A stretch of 64,000 nt of DNA from assembly GCA_965248695.1 (NCBI GenBank), contig CBDFKD010000002.1, forward strand, positions 3,296,001 to 3,360,000, given 5' to 3'. The notes under the pieces were generated by a model. It worked only from the letters and a program-made list of their open reading frames with translations. It ran no database searches and was not told where the DNA came from. The stretch's first letter is position 1, and each line of letters opens with the position of its first letter. The stretch is from Acidobacteriota bacterium (GTDB lineage Bacteria > Acidobacteriota > UBA890 > WLXD01). Shown here one piece after another: positions 48,925 through 58,287 of the stretch. Position numbers and translations under genes: made by a program.

Positions 48925-49825
48925 GGATCGTCCCCTCGCTCATCATCACTGCAGCTCCTCCTACCCGGGCTGCGGTCACCTCCCCGGCGGCGACATCGGC
49001 CTCGATCTCCATGATGCTCGGGCGTCCCATCTCGAAACCCTGCTCGACCACCCAGCTGAGCCGGCCGTCCGGCTCGCCGGAGCGTGCCGCCAGGTAGGCG
49101 GCCAGTGCCGTGGCAGCGGACCCGGTCGCCGGATCTTCGGCAACCCCGACGCCCGGTCCGAACATGCGGGCGTGCACGTCGGTGCCCGGCCGCTCACCCT
49201 GCGTGGCAAACAGGAACACTTGCGGTGCCCATGTAGAATCCAGAGATCGGCGCCAGGCTCGATGATCCAGCCGCGCCCGTCGCACCGCCTCGATATCGCG
49301 CAACGGGACGAAGAGAAACGGCAGGCCGCACGAGACCGCGCCCACGGCCAGGCTGTCGGCTCTCAGATCGTCGATGGTGAGGCCGAGCACGGCGGCTATG
49401 TCCTGCGGAGGAGTAACGACCGGTTGCTCCTCGGGTGCCTGCGCTGCTGTGAGCTGTGCGAACTCGGGCTCACCGTCGACGCAGCGCACCCGCACCGGCA
49501 CCGGACCCACACCCTCTTCCAGCACCAGCGTGAACTCCGGCCCCTCGGCATCGATCTCTCCCAGTGCCGCCAGGGCAAACGCCGTCCCGACGGTCGGATG
49601 GCCGGCAAAGGGCAGCTCGGTCGTCGGGGTGAAGATGCGCACCTTGCGGGTGTGGACTGGGTTGTCCGGCGGCATTACGAACACCGTTTCCGACAGATTG
49701 AGCTCGCCGGCGACGGACTGCATCGTCGGCCCGCTCAGTCCCCGACCGTCAGGAAACACGGCGAGCGGATTTCCGCCGAAGGCGACATCGGTGAACACAT
49801 CGAGGGTGACGAAGCGATGCCGCAC
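48914..49825 (-). CDS. PhzF family isomerase (copy 1)
   Basis: LDVFT...GGNPLAV, LNLSETVF, IFTP..ELPFAGHPT, EDPATGSA, EQGFEMGRPS; GTG 49825. Confidence 0.92.
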   Translation of the reverse strand: MRHRFVTLDVFTDVAFGGNPLAVFPDGRGLSGPTMQSVAGELNLSETVFVMPPDNPVHTRKVRIFTPTTELPFAGHPTVGTAFALAALGEIDAEGPEFTLVLEEGVGPVPVRVRCVDGEPEFAQLTAAQAPEEQPVVTPPQDIAAVLGLTIDDLRADSLAVGAVSCGLPFLFVPLRDIEAVRRARLDHRAWRRSLDSTWAPQVFLFATQGERPGTDVHARMFGPGVGVAEDPATGSAATALAAYLAARSGEPDGRLSWVVEQGFEMGRPSIMEIEADVAAGEVTAARVGGAAVMMSEGTIRVS

Positions 49826-49827
49826 GG

Positions 49828-50277
49828 TCAGGCTCCGTCGTCGAGACGAAGCACCATCGAGGCGGCGCTGCTCGGGCAAAGCGAGCGGTACTCGATCGAA
49901 CCGAGAATCGACTCAGGCGCCTGCTCTCGCGGCATCTCGCGGAACCCGAAACGGGGGAAAAACTCCGCCGCAGTCTCGGTCAGCAGGTAGATGCCGCGCA
50001 CGCCGGCCGAGCGCGCCGAGTCGAGTGCGTGGCGCACCAGGGTCTCGCCGATGCCTAGCCCTCGATACCTGGCGGCGACCGCCAGTGATCGCAGCACGGC
50101 GTCGGGGCCGTGGTGTTCCAGCGCCGCGGTGCCAGCCAGTGACTCCTCGACTCGGGCGATGAGCACCGCACCCCAGCACGCGTCGAGCCCCTCGGTGGGC
50201 AAATCGCTAGCTCGCAACAGCTCCAGCACGGCGGCATGGTCGCCGCGCTGAGCGACGCCGATCCGCACATCGTCCAT
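49828..50277 (-). CDS. GNAT N-acetyltransferase, ArsN2/ArgA-like
   Basis: LP.EGL, LRSLAV...RGLGIG, YLLTETAAEFF..FGF, S.EY..LCPSSA. Confidence 0.8.
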   Translation of the reverse strand: MDDVRIGVAQRGDHAAVLELLRASDLPTEGLDACWGAVLIARVEESLAGTAALEHHGPDAVLRSLAVAARYRGLGIGETLVRHALDSARSAGVRGIYLLTETAAEFFPRFGFREMPREQAPESILGSIEYRSLCPSSAASMVLRLDDGA

Positions 50278-50360
50278 CCTGAGCCTCCCCGAGCGCGCGC
50301 GCTGCTACGACGACAATACCGTCGCCGTCGCGGCTGCGCACGCGCCCCGGAAGGCAGTCC

Positions 50361-50765
50361 TCAGGGTCGTACGACGAGCCACACGCGCGAGCGCCGTTCC
50401 CAGCGATAGTGCGCGCCGCGATAGCGCCAGTAGGGCTTACCCCCCACCACGACCACCTTGGCAGCGCGCGGCAACGTCGTCACGCGAGCGCTGACCGGGG
50501 CACCTACCACGAGATAGCGCGACCCGGAGCGTTGATAGAACGTGCCGCCGTGATAGTAGTAGCGTGTCGTGCCAACCTTGACGATCCGGTAACCGGCCGG
50601 CGGGGCCGAAACGTAGACGCCGGCCGCCGGTGACGGCGTCGCTACCGAGGCGCTGAACGCATACCCGGCGTGGGCGTTGCTCGCACAGCCGACCGTCACC
50701 GTCGCGGCGACGATCAGCACGGTCAGCAACAGCGCAGATTCGAACTTCTTCTTCGTGTGCAACAT
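50361..50765 (-). CDS. Small basic lipoprotein (DUF6515-like repeats)
   Basis: AGGAGG RBS; lipobox TVGC; two repeats of the P..Y..V.VG...YYY.GG.FY....YLVV type. Confidence 0.7.
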   Translation of the reverse strand: MLHTKKKFESALLLTVLIVAATVTVGCASNAHAGYAFSASVATPSPAAGVYVSAPPAGYRIVKVGTTRYYYHGGTFYQRSGSRYLVVGAPVSARVTTLPRAAKVVVVGGKPYWRYRGAHYRWERRSRVWLVVRP

Positions 50766-50912
50766 TTCTAACCTCCTGGGAGTGCAACAGGGGACCCCCG
50801 AACAGCATCGTCAGTCGTCCTTGTGTCGGTGGCGCCGTCGCTCTGTATGACAGCCGTATCGTGGATTTGTGGCCCCGCGGCCGCGGCGTGACAAGCGGGT
50901 CCAGGAGAAGAA

Positions 50913-51032
50913 ATGACCGAGTGGGCCGAGATCGCGATGAAGCGCGGCACCGTCGTACGCGGCCTGAAATTCGCCGCGGTGGTGGGCACGGCGCTCATCG
51001 CCATGGACCCGAGGAGCACCGTGCTATCGTGA
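50913..51032 (+). pseudogene. 39-aa ORF resembling a truncated NrtS-family small membrane protein
   Basis: AGGAGA RBS; MTEWAEIAMKRGTVVRGLKFAAVVGTALIAM then abrupt end; resemblance is recalled from memory, not searched. Confidence 0.45.
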
Positions 51033-51108
51033 AAGGCTGCGCTCGCTTCCCGCGGCAGCTAGCAGGCCGTGTTGAAAGTGTGCTCCCCCTACCATCAAGT
51101 CTGACGCC

Positions 51109-52272
51109 ATGAGTGTCCCTGAACCCGATGTCTCTGTGCTCACGCCTGCGCTCGGCAAGGCGCGGTGGCGCGCCATGGTGGGGGCCGTCGACGTCTGTTT
51201 CGGCCTCGGTGAGCGTGCCCGGGTGCCGTCGCTGGTCAGCGAGCACCATGCACGCCGGCCGCTGATCATCACCGACCCCGGTGTGCGGGCGACCGGTGTC
51301 GTGGACGAGCTCAGCGCCGCATTGACGCGTCTCGGCTGTACCAGCGCGATCTTCGACGGCGTCCAGGAGAATCCGACCACGGAGTGCGTCGAGTCGGGGA
51401 CGGAGGCGGCCCGGAGCCACGACGTCGATCTGCTAGTCGGGTTCGGCGGCGGCAGCGCAATGGATACCGCCAAGGGCGTAAACTTCCTGTACACCAACGG
51501 TGGTTGTATGGAGGACTACGAGGGAACCGGAAAGGCGCACGCCGATATGCTGCCTTCGATTGGAGTACCGACCACGGCCGGGACGGGGAGTGAGGCGCAG
51601 TCGTACGCGCTGATCTCGCGAGCCGACGATCATCGGAAGATGGCGTGCGGCGACCCGGGAGCTCGATTTCTCAGCGCCGTGCTCGACCCCGAGATCACCG
51701 GCACGGTGCCGCGCGATGTGCGCGTGGCAACCGGAATCGATGCCATCTCGCATGCCCTGGAGAGTCTGGTCAGCGCCCCCGCCAACCCTATCTCGAGGCT
51801 CTACAGCCGAGAGGCCTGGCGCCTGCTCGCAAACAGCTTCGAGCCGGCGGTGACCACCTCGGACGACGTCGACGCACGCGGCCGAATGCTGCTCGGGGCA
51901 CATCTCGCCGGTGCGGCGATCGAGCGCTCGATGCTGGGAGCCGCGCACGCCTGCGCCAACCCGTTGACGGCGCGGTTCGACGTCACCCACGGCATCGCGG
52001 TCGGGGTCATCCTGCCGCACGTGGTGCGCTTCAACCTGGCCAGCGACGATGCCGCGGCCGAGTACGAGGGGCTCGAGGCGGCCGACCTGCCCGGACGTCT
52101 CACATCGATGCTCCGCGGCGGCGGCGTGGCGACCCGCCTGCGTGATCATGCCGTGCCCGAGGCGAGCCTCGGCGCGCTTGCCTCGGAGGCGGCCGAACAG
52201 TGGACCGCCAACTTCAACCCGCGTCCAGTCGACGCGACGGACCTTCTGGGCATCTATGAATCAGCCTACTGA
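51109..52272 (+). CDS. Iron-containing (group III) alcohol dehydrogenase
   Basis: ITDPGV, ENPT, GGGSAMDTAK, PTTAGTGSE, DAISHALE, GAAHACA, THGIA. Confidence 0.92.
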   Translation: MSVPEPDVSVLTPALGKARWRAMVGAVDVCFGLGERARVPSLVSEHHARRPLIITDPGVRATGVVDELSAALTRLGCTSAIFDGVQENPTTECVESGTEAARSHDVDLLVGFGGGSAMDTAKGVNFLYTNGGCMEDYEGTGKAHADMLPSIGVPTTAGTGSEAQSYALISRADDHRKMACGDPGARFLSAVLDPEITGTVPRDVRVATGIDAISHALESLVSAPANPISRLYSREAWRLLANSFEPAVTTSDDVDARGRMLLGAHLAGAAIERSMLGAAHACANPLTARFDVTHGIAVGVILPHVVRFNLASDDAAAEYEGLEAADLPGRLTSMLRGGGVATRLRDHAVPEASLGALASEAAEQWTANFNPRPVDATDLLGIYESAY

Positions 52273-53398
52273 GCCCCGGTTACCGCTTCCATCCTTGGTC
52301 CGTGGTGTCGCAATCGTGGTCTGTGGCGCCCTGGCCACCACCGGCATCGCCCGCGGTGGACCCGACGACAACGCCTGGCGGGTATTTCGCGGCAACGCCC
52401 AGCTCACCGGTACCGCCACGGTCGAGATTCCGGCGGCGCCCGAGCCTCGCTGGGTCTTCTCGGCCGCCGACAGCATCGAATCGAGCGCCGCGATCGCCGA
52501 CGGCCGGGTGTTCGTCGGCTCGCTCGACGGCCACCTGTACGCGCTGGACCTGGAGAGCGGTGCCGAGCTATGGCGATTCGACACCGGCATCGAGGTGAAA
52601 TCCTCGCCTTCCGTGTTCGGCGACACGGTCTACTTCGGTGACGAATCCGGCAAGTTCTATGCGCTCGACGTCTCCACCGGCAGTGAGCGATGGTCGTACC
52701 AGACCGGCGGTGGCATCGTCTCGGCGGCCAACTACGCGGAGGGGATGCTGATCTTCGGGTCCTACGACAACCATCTCTATGCCGTCGCCGCAGCAGACGG
52801 CAGCCTGGTGTGGCGCCTCGAGACCGGCGGTTATGTGAACGGCACTCCGGCCATTTTCGACGGCAAGGTGATCTCGGTAGGCTGTGACGGCGTATTGCGG
52901 CTCGTGGCGCTCGCCGACGGTGCCCTGCTCGGCACTGTCGAGATCGGAGCCTACGTGGCCGCCAGCCCCGCGATACACGATGGCGTGGCGTACTTCGGCA
53001 CCTACGAGAATCAGGTCTTGGCCGTCAGCCTGGCAGGCGAGCGCCGATGGGCCTATGAGCATCCGAAGCGAAAGTTCCCGTACTACTCCTCGGCCGCGGT
53101 GACCGACGAGGTCCTGGTGGTCGGCGGGCGCGACAAGATGGTGCACGGGATCGATCCCGCCAGCGGCGAGTCTCGCTGGACCCACACCAGCGGTGCCCGC
53201 GTCGACTCGTCGCCTGTCATCGTCGGTGATCGCGTCTTCGTCGGCGGTAGCTCCGGCGACCTGGTGGCCCTCGACGTGCGAACAGGAACAGTTCTGTGGC
53301 AATTTGAGACCGGGTCGTCGATCGTCGCATCGCCAAGCCTGGCCTCCGGGCGCCTCGTCATCGGGACAGAGGACGGCGACCTCTACTGCTTCGGTTGA
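52256..53398 (+). CDS. Exported PQQ-binding-like (BamB-type) beta-propeller repeat protein 1
   Basis: Signal-like segment; W..FRGNAQLTG; about 8 repeats of SSP...G.VFVGS.DG.LYALD..SG...W. Confidence 0.88.
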   Translation: MNQPTEPRLPLPSLVRGVAIVVCGALATTGIARGGPDDNAWRVFRGNAQLTGTATVEIPAAPEPRWVFSAADSIESSAAIADGRVFVGSLDGHLYALDLESGAELWRFDTGIEVKSSPSVFGDTVYFGDESGKFYALDVSTGSERWSYQTGGGIVSAANYAEGMLIFGSYDNHLYAVAAADGSLVWRLETGGYVNGTPAIFDGKVISVGCDGVLRLVALADGALLGTVEIGAYVAASPAIHDGVAYFGTYENQVLAVSLAGERRWAYEHPKRKFPYYSSAAVTDEVLVVGGRDKMVHGIDPASGESRWTHTSGARVDSSPVIVGDRVFVGGSSGDLVALDVRTGTVLWQFETGSSIVASPSLASGRLVIGTEDGDLYCFG

Positions 53399-53403
53399 GA
53401 TCG

Positions 53404-54777
53404 ATGGACCAGGAATTACTGCCGGACGCCGATTCGTCGCCGGACTTCCGACCCGAGCCAGCTACGTCGCGCCAGCAACAGGAGGCGACCGACGTCGGCA
53501 GCGTATTCGTCTCGAACTATCCGCCGTTCTCGCAATGGACCGTTGAACAGCTGCCCGCTTACTGCCAGGCGCTGGAAACAGTCACAACCGATGCGGCCCC
53601 ACCGCTCGGCCTCTACCTGCATATCCCGTTTTGCCGCAAGCGCTGCAAGTTCTGCTATTTCCGTGTTTACACGGACAAGAACGCCGACGAGGTCGAGGTG
53701 TACTGCGATGCGCTCGCCCGCGAGATCGAGCGCTACGCGCAAGCGCCCGCGATCGCCGGCCGGCCACTGCGGTTCGTGTACTTCGGCGGCGGCACGCCCT
53801 CGTATATTGCCGCCAAGCACCTGCAGGCGTTGGTGGCTCGCGTGCGCACGGCGATGCCCTGGGACGCAGTCGACGAAATCACCTTCGAGTGCGAGCCCGG
53901 CACCCTGAGTCAGGGCAAGCTCGAAGCGATCCGCAAGCTCGGAATCACCCGGCTGAGCCTCGGGGTGGAGAACTTCAACGACGAGATCCTGCAGTTGAAC
54001 GGTCGCGCCCACGTCGGCAAGGAGATCGTTCGAGTCCTGCCATGGATTCATCAGCTGGCGTTCGATCAGCTCAACATCGACCTCATCGCGGGCATGATCG
54101 GCGAAACATGGGAAACGTGGCGCGACACCGTGCATCGGACGATCGACGCGCAGCCGGACTCGGTGACCATCTACCAGATGGAGCTGCCCTACAACACGCG
54201 CTTTTCGAAGCAGTTCCTGGACGGCACCCTGGAGGTCCCGCTGGCCGACTGGGCACTGAAGCGCGAGTGGCACGACTACGCTATCGAGAAGCTGCTAGCG
54301 GCAGGATTCGAGATCTCCAGCGCCTACACCATGGTCAGACCCGACAAGCGATGTGATTTCGTGTACCGTGACGCGCTCTGGCATGGGGCCGATATGCTCG
54401 GAACCGGCGTGTCCTCGTTCGGACACCTGAGTGGCGTCCACGTGCAGAACACTGCTAACTGGGCCAAGTACCTGGAGACGGTGAGCAACGAGGAGTTGCC
54501 GGTCGAGCGCGCCTTTGCAACCAGTGCCGACGACCGCCTGATCCGCGAGACCATCCTGCAGCTCAAGACAGGATCCCTTGCTGCAGCCTATTTCTCGGAC
54601 AAGTTCGACGTCGACGTTCTCGAGCGCTTCGCCGCGACCTGGGAGGTGCTCCAGTCGCGCGGCATGGCGGTGATCAACGACGACGGTGTGGCGTTGACGC
54701 GCCAGGGACTGTTGCAGGCGGACGGCCTGCTGCCGGAGTTTTACGCCGAACGCTATCGCGACGCTCGGTACACGTAA
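53404..54777 (+). CDS. HemN-like radical SAM enzyme (non-canonical)
   Basis: GLYLHIPFCRKRCKFC (CxxxCxxC), YFGGGTPS, TFECEP, RLSLGVENF, NIDLIAG; C-terminal HemN_C-like LT..GLL..D. Confidence 0.9.
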   Translation: MDQELLPDADSSPDFRPEPATSRQQQEATDVGSVFVSNYPPFSQWTVEQLPAYCQALETVTTDAAPPLGLYLHIPFCRKRCKFCYFRVYTDKNADEVEVYCDALAREIERYAQAPAIAGRPLRFVYFGGGTPSYIAAKHLQALVARVRTAMPWDAVDEITFECEPGTLSQGKLEAIRKLGITRLSLGVENFNDEILQLNGRAHVGKEIVRVLPWIHQLAFDQLNIDLIAGMIGETWETWRDTVHRTIDAQPDSVTIYQMELPYNTRFSKQFLDGTLEVPLADWALKREWHDYAIEKLLAAGFEISSAYTMVRPDKRCDFVYRDALWHGADMLGTGVSSFGHLSGVHVQNTANWAKYLETVSNEELPVERAFATSADDRLIRETILQLKTGSLAAAYFSDKFDVDVLERFAATWEVLQSRGMAVINDDGVALTRQGLLQADGLLPEFYAERYRDARYT

Positions 54778-54780
54778 CCG

Positions 54781-56082
54781 ATGCAACGTCGCGCATCTGG
54801 CAGCGTCGCAGCACCTGCGATGGTCGTGCTCGTGGCGACCGTTCTGGCGCTCACCGGACCCGGCGTGCCGGCAGGGATCGATGCGGTCGAGCTGGCCGGC
54901 GACAGCGCCCAGTCTGCGAGCGCGACCCGCGATTGGCCGCAGCTAAGAGGCCCCAACGCCGACGGCATCTCGCCGCAGACCGGGCTGTTGACCCAATGGC
55001 CGCAATCGGGGCCGCGAGAGATCTGGCGCGTGCCTCTTGGCAAGGGATTCTCCGGCGTGTCCGTTGTCGGCGATCGCGCCGTCACCATGTTCGGTCGCGG
55101 GGGCACCTACCTGGGAGCCTTCGATACAGCAACCGGAGCCGAGCTCTGGCGGCTGCGCATCGACGAGATGTACCGCAACAGCTCCGGCGATGGCCCACGC
55201 TCCACTCCGACCATCGACGAGGGCCTCGCGTTCGTCATTAGCGGCCGCGGTATGCTCGCGGCGGTCGCGGTCGAGACCGGTGACACCGCCTGGCGGCACG
55301 ATCTACGGGGCGAGTACGGAGCCTCGGGGCCGAACTGGGGGTTCTCCACGTCGCCGCGTGTGTACGGTGATCTCCTCCTGGTGGAGGCCGGCGGGCGTGA
55401 TGCGGCGCTGGTGGCGTTCGACAAGCGCAGTGGCCGCGAAGTCTGGCGCGCCGCGGGAGACCAGCCGGGTTACTCGACGCCGCTGCTGGTGCGGATCGGC
55501 GGCCGCCAGCAGGCGGTTTTCTTCACCGGAAGCCGCATTGTCGGGGTGAATCCGACGAGCGGCGCCCTGCTGTGGGGTCTTCCCTGGGAAACGACGTTCG
55601 GCGTCAACGCCGCGACGCCGATCTTCGTACCTCCCGACAAGATTTTCGTCTCATCCGGCTACGGCGTCGGGGCAGCGCTGCTGCGCGTCACCGCGACCGC
55701 TCGAGGCGGCGTCGAAACCGTGTGGCGAACACGGGAGATGAAGAACCAGTTCAGTAGCTCGGTGCTGGTCGACGACTACATCTACGGATTCGACAACTCG
55801 ATCCTGGAGTGTATCGAGCTGACCCGGGGTGAGAGAATGTGGCGGGCTCGCGGCCACGGACAGGGCTCGTTGCTTTACGCAGACGGGCACCTGATCGTGC
55901 TCGGCGACCGTGGCTCTTTGACGCTCGTCAAACTCAGTCCCGGCGAGTACCTTCCCGTGGCGCAGACCCAGGTCTTCCGAAGCCGTACCTGGACCGCGCC
56001 AACGCTAGCAAACGGAGCTCTTTACCTACGTGACGAAGAGGAGCTCGTGGCCCTGGCGCTGACCGTACCGAACTCACCCTGA
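54781..56082 (+). CDS. Exported PQQ-binding-like beta-propeller repeat protein 2
   Basis: Signal peptide; DWPQLRGPNADG, GFSG, GPRSTPT, WGFSTSP, YSTP, TWTAPTLANGALYLRD. Confidence 0.88.
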   Translation: MQRRASGSVAAPAMVVLVATVLALTGPGVPAGIDAVELAGDSAQSASATRDWPQLRGPNADGISPQTGLLTQWPQSGPREIWRVPLGKGFSGVSVVGDRAVTMFGRGGTYLGAFDTATGAELWRLRIDEMYRNSSGDGPRSTPTIDEGLAFVISGRGMLAAVAVETGDTAWRHDLRGEYGASGPNWGFSTSPRVYGDLLLVEAGGRDAALVAFDKRSGREVWRAAGDQPGYSTPLLVRIGGRQQAVFFTGSRIVGVNPTSGALLWGLPWETTFGVNAATPIFVPPDKIFVSSGYGVGAALLRVTATARGGVETVWRTREMKNQFSSSVLVDDYIYGFDNSILECIELTRGERMWRARGHGQGSLLYADGHLIVLGDRGSLTLVKLSPGEYLPVAQTQVFRSRTWTAPTLANGALYLRDEEELVALALTVPNSP

Positions 56083-56160
56083 CCCGTAGCTCGATAGGAT
56101 GCTGCCGGGCGCCAGTAGCTGTCGCCGGCAAAGCAGATCCCCGACCCTGGATACTCGACC

Positions 56161-58287
56161 GTGCGAATACTCAGAACCACCCTCTGTTTGGCGCTGACCG
56201 TGGCACCGGCGACGGCCGCCGCACAGTCCGCATCTCAGGACGAGCCCGAGCAACAGCTGCCGCTGCGAGCAACGGAGTTCATCTTCGTCGAGGGGAGCTT
56301 GCCGCTGATACCGAGCGGCAACACGATCGCCTCGAAGCTGCCGTTGCCGTTGCAGCTCACCCCCAACAACGTCGGCATCGTCACGGCAGGGCTCTTCGAA
56401 CAGCAGCGCGCTCACGTGCTCGGCGACGCGTTGATCAACGTCAGCGGCCTGAACGTGCAGCCAGGCTTCGGCGGCGTGCACGACTTCTTCGTCGTACGTG
56501 GCTTCGATTCGATCAGCAGCAGCTTGATTCTCACCGACGGCGCCCCGGAGCCCGAGGCCACCTTCTACCAGCTCTACAACGTCGAGCTGGTAGAGGTCCT
56601 GAAGGGACCGGGAGGCTTTCTGTATGGCAGTAACCCGCTCGCCGGTACCGTCAACCTGGTGCGAAAACAGCCGTTCGCGACGCGCGGGCTTCGCGTAAGC
56701 ACCTCAGGCGGAAGCTTCTCCACGTTTGACGGCACGATCGACGCCAACCATGCGTCCGCCGACGGGCGGGTGGCGTTCCGGCTCAACGCGCTGGTGCGCG
56801 ACGCCGGCGGGTACCGTGACGGTCGCAGTGGCAACGCCGTGGCGCTCAACCCCGCGCTGACCTGGCAGATCGCCGACCGCCACTCCCTCAACGCCAACTT
56901 CGAGTACGCACGCGCAGACTTCAGCCCCGAGGCCGGCGTGCCGTTGCTGTTCAACGAGATTCCGCCCGTCCGCCGTGAGAACAACTACAACGCCGCCAGC
57001 GATCGATCCGAGCAGGACGTGTACCGCTTCCAGATCGACTACGAGGGGCACCTCAGCGACACCGTGCGAATTCGCAACAAGCTCTACTATCGCGGCCTTG
57101 ATTGGTTGTCAGACGGCACGCTGCTCATCGGCGCCTTCCCCGAGTTCGGTGCCGGATTCGTGCCCACCGGCCGCACGGTGGTAGCGCGATCACAGATCCA
57201 GCTCAACGATCGGCAGAAGATCCTGGGCAATCAGTTCGAGGCAATCTTCGATTTCGATACCGGCGCGGTGCGGCACAACCTGCTCGCCGGCATCGAAGCC
57301 TCGCGCCACACCGACGACTTCACCATCGACGCGTTCCTGCTGGGGTCCGTGGAGCTATTCAGTCCGGTGGAGCCGGGTGGACCGCCGTTCCCGCTCGGGA
57401 GCGTCGGCGCCGGAAACGCCCGCAGCTTCGTGGTCGCCCCCTACGTCATCGACCAGATCACTTTCGCCGATCGGCTACAGGTGCTCGCCGGAGCCCGCCT
57501 CGACAACATCGACTTCGACGATCAGCTGACCGGTCGCTCCCGCAACGACAGCAAGCTGTCGCCGATGTTCGGTGCGGCGTGGGCCGCCAGCGAGGACGTT
57601 TCGATCTATGGCAACTACTCGCGCTCGTTCGCACCGCCGTCGCCGCGGACGTTCGAGGATCTCGCTCCCGAGGAAGGCGAGCAGGTCGAGCTCGGGCTCA
57701 AGCTGCGCTTCCTCGACGGTCGAGCGCGAGCAACCGCCGCCGTCTACCGTCTGGTGCGCGACAACATCGCCATCCCGGATGACAACGGCTTCAGCCAGCA
57801 GATCGGCAACCAGCGCTCATCCGGCTTCGAGGTCGAGGTAGCCGCCGAGCCCGGTGCCGGCTTCCGGGGCGTAGTGTCGTACGCGTACAACGATGCCGAG
57901 CTCACCGAGTTCAGCGAGCGCGTCACCGGCTTCACACCGTTCGGCGTGCCGTTCGAACAGACGATCGACCGTTCGGGCAATCGGCCGGCGTTCGCTCCCG
58001 AGCACCTGCTCAACGTGTGGGTCAGCAAGACGCTTGTGTCGGGGCTCGGTGTGAGCCTCGGTGGCCGCTACATCGGCAATCAGTTCATCGCCGAGGACAA
58101 CGCCTTCAACATCGACAACGCCTTCATCGTTTCGGGCGCTCTGGCGTACGACTGGTCGCGCTACCGCATCAGCGTCAACGTGCAGAACCTGACCGATTCG
58201 GCCTATTTCGCCCGCGGTTTCGGGTCGCAATCGGTGACGCCAGCGAACCCCGTGGCTGCCACCCTGCGTCTCGGCTACGAGTTCTGA
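56161..58287 (+). CDS. TonB-dependent outer-membrane receptor (siderophore-receptor-like)
   Basis: Signal peptide; plug motifs VRGF, VELVEVLKGPGGFLYG...GTVNLVRK; barrel motifs PEEGEQVELGLK, NVQNLTD..Y; terminal YEF. Confidence 0.93.
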   Translation: MRILRTTLCLALTVAPATAAAQSASQDEPEQQLPLRATEFIFVEGSLPLIPSGNTIASKLPLPLQLTPNNVGIVTAGLFEQQRAHVLGDALINVSGLNVQPGFGGVHDFFVVRGFDSISSSLILTDGAPEPEATFYQLYNVELVEVLKGPGGFLYGSNPLAGTVNLVRKQPFATRGLRVSTSGGSFSTFDGTIDANHASADGRVAFRLNALVRDAGGYRDGRSGNAVALNPALTWQIADRHSLNANFEYARADFSPEAGVPLLFNEIPPVRRENNYNAASDRSEQDVYRFQIDYEGHLSDTVRIRNKLYYRGLDWLSDGTLLIGAFPEFGAGFVPTGRTVVARSQIQLNDRQKILGNQFEAIFDFDTGAVRHNLLAGIEASRHTDDFTIDAFLLGSVELFSPVEPGGPPFPLGSVGAGNARSFVVAPYVIDQITFADRLQVLAGARLDNIDFDDQLTGRSRNDSKLSPMFGAAWAASEDVSIYGNYSRSFAPPSPRTFEDLAPEEGEQVELGLKLRFLDGRARATAAVYRLVRDNIAIPDDNGFSQQIGNQRSSGFEVEVAAEPGAGFRGVVSYAYNDAELTEFSERVTGFTPFGVPFEQTIDRSGNRPAFAPEHLLNVWVSKTLVSGLGVSLGGRYIGNQFIAEDNAFNIDNAFIVSGALAYDWSRYRISVNVQNLTDSAYFARGFGSQSVTPANPVAATLRLGYEF

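Noticed and set aside
48013-49825. Phenazine biosynthesis cluster
   Set aside because: No phzA/B, D, E or G homologs; stand-alone PhzF-family genes are widespread.
56083-56160. Cobalamin riboswitch or Fur box upstream of the TonB receptor
   Set aside because: Only 78 bp, with no B12-box or AT-rich Fur palindrome; just one GC stem and a possible TAGGAT -10.
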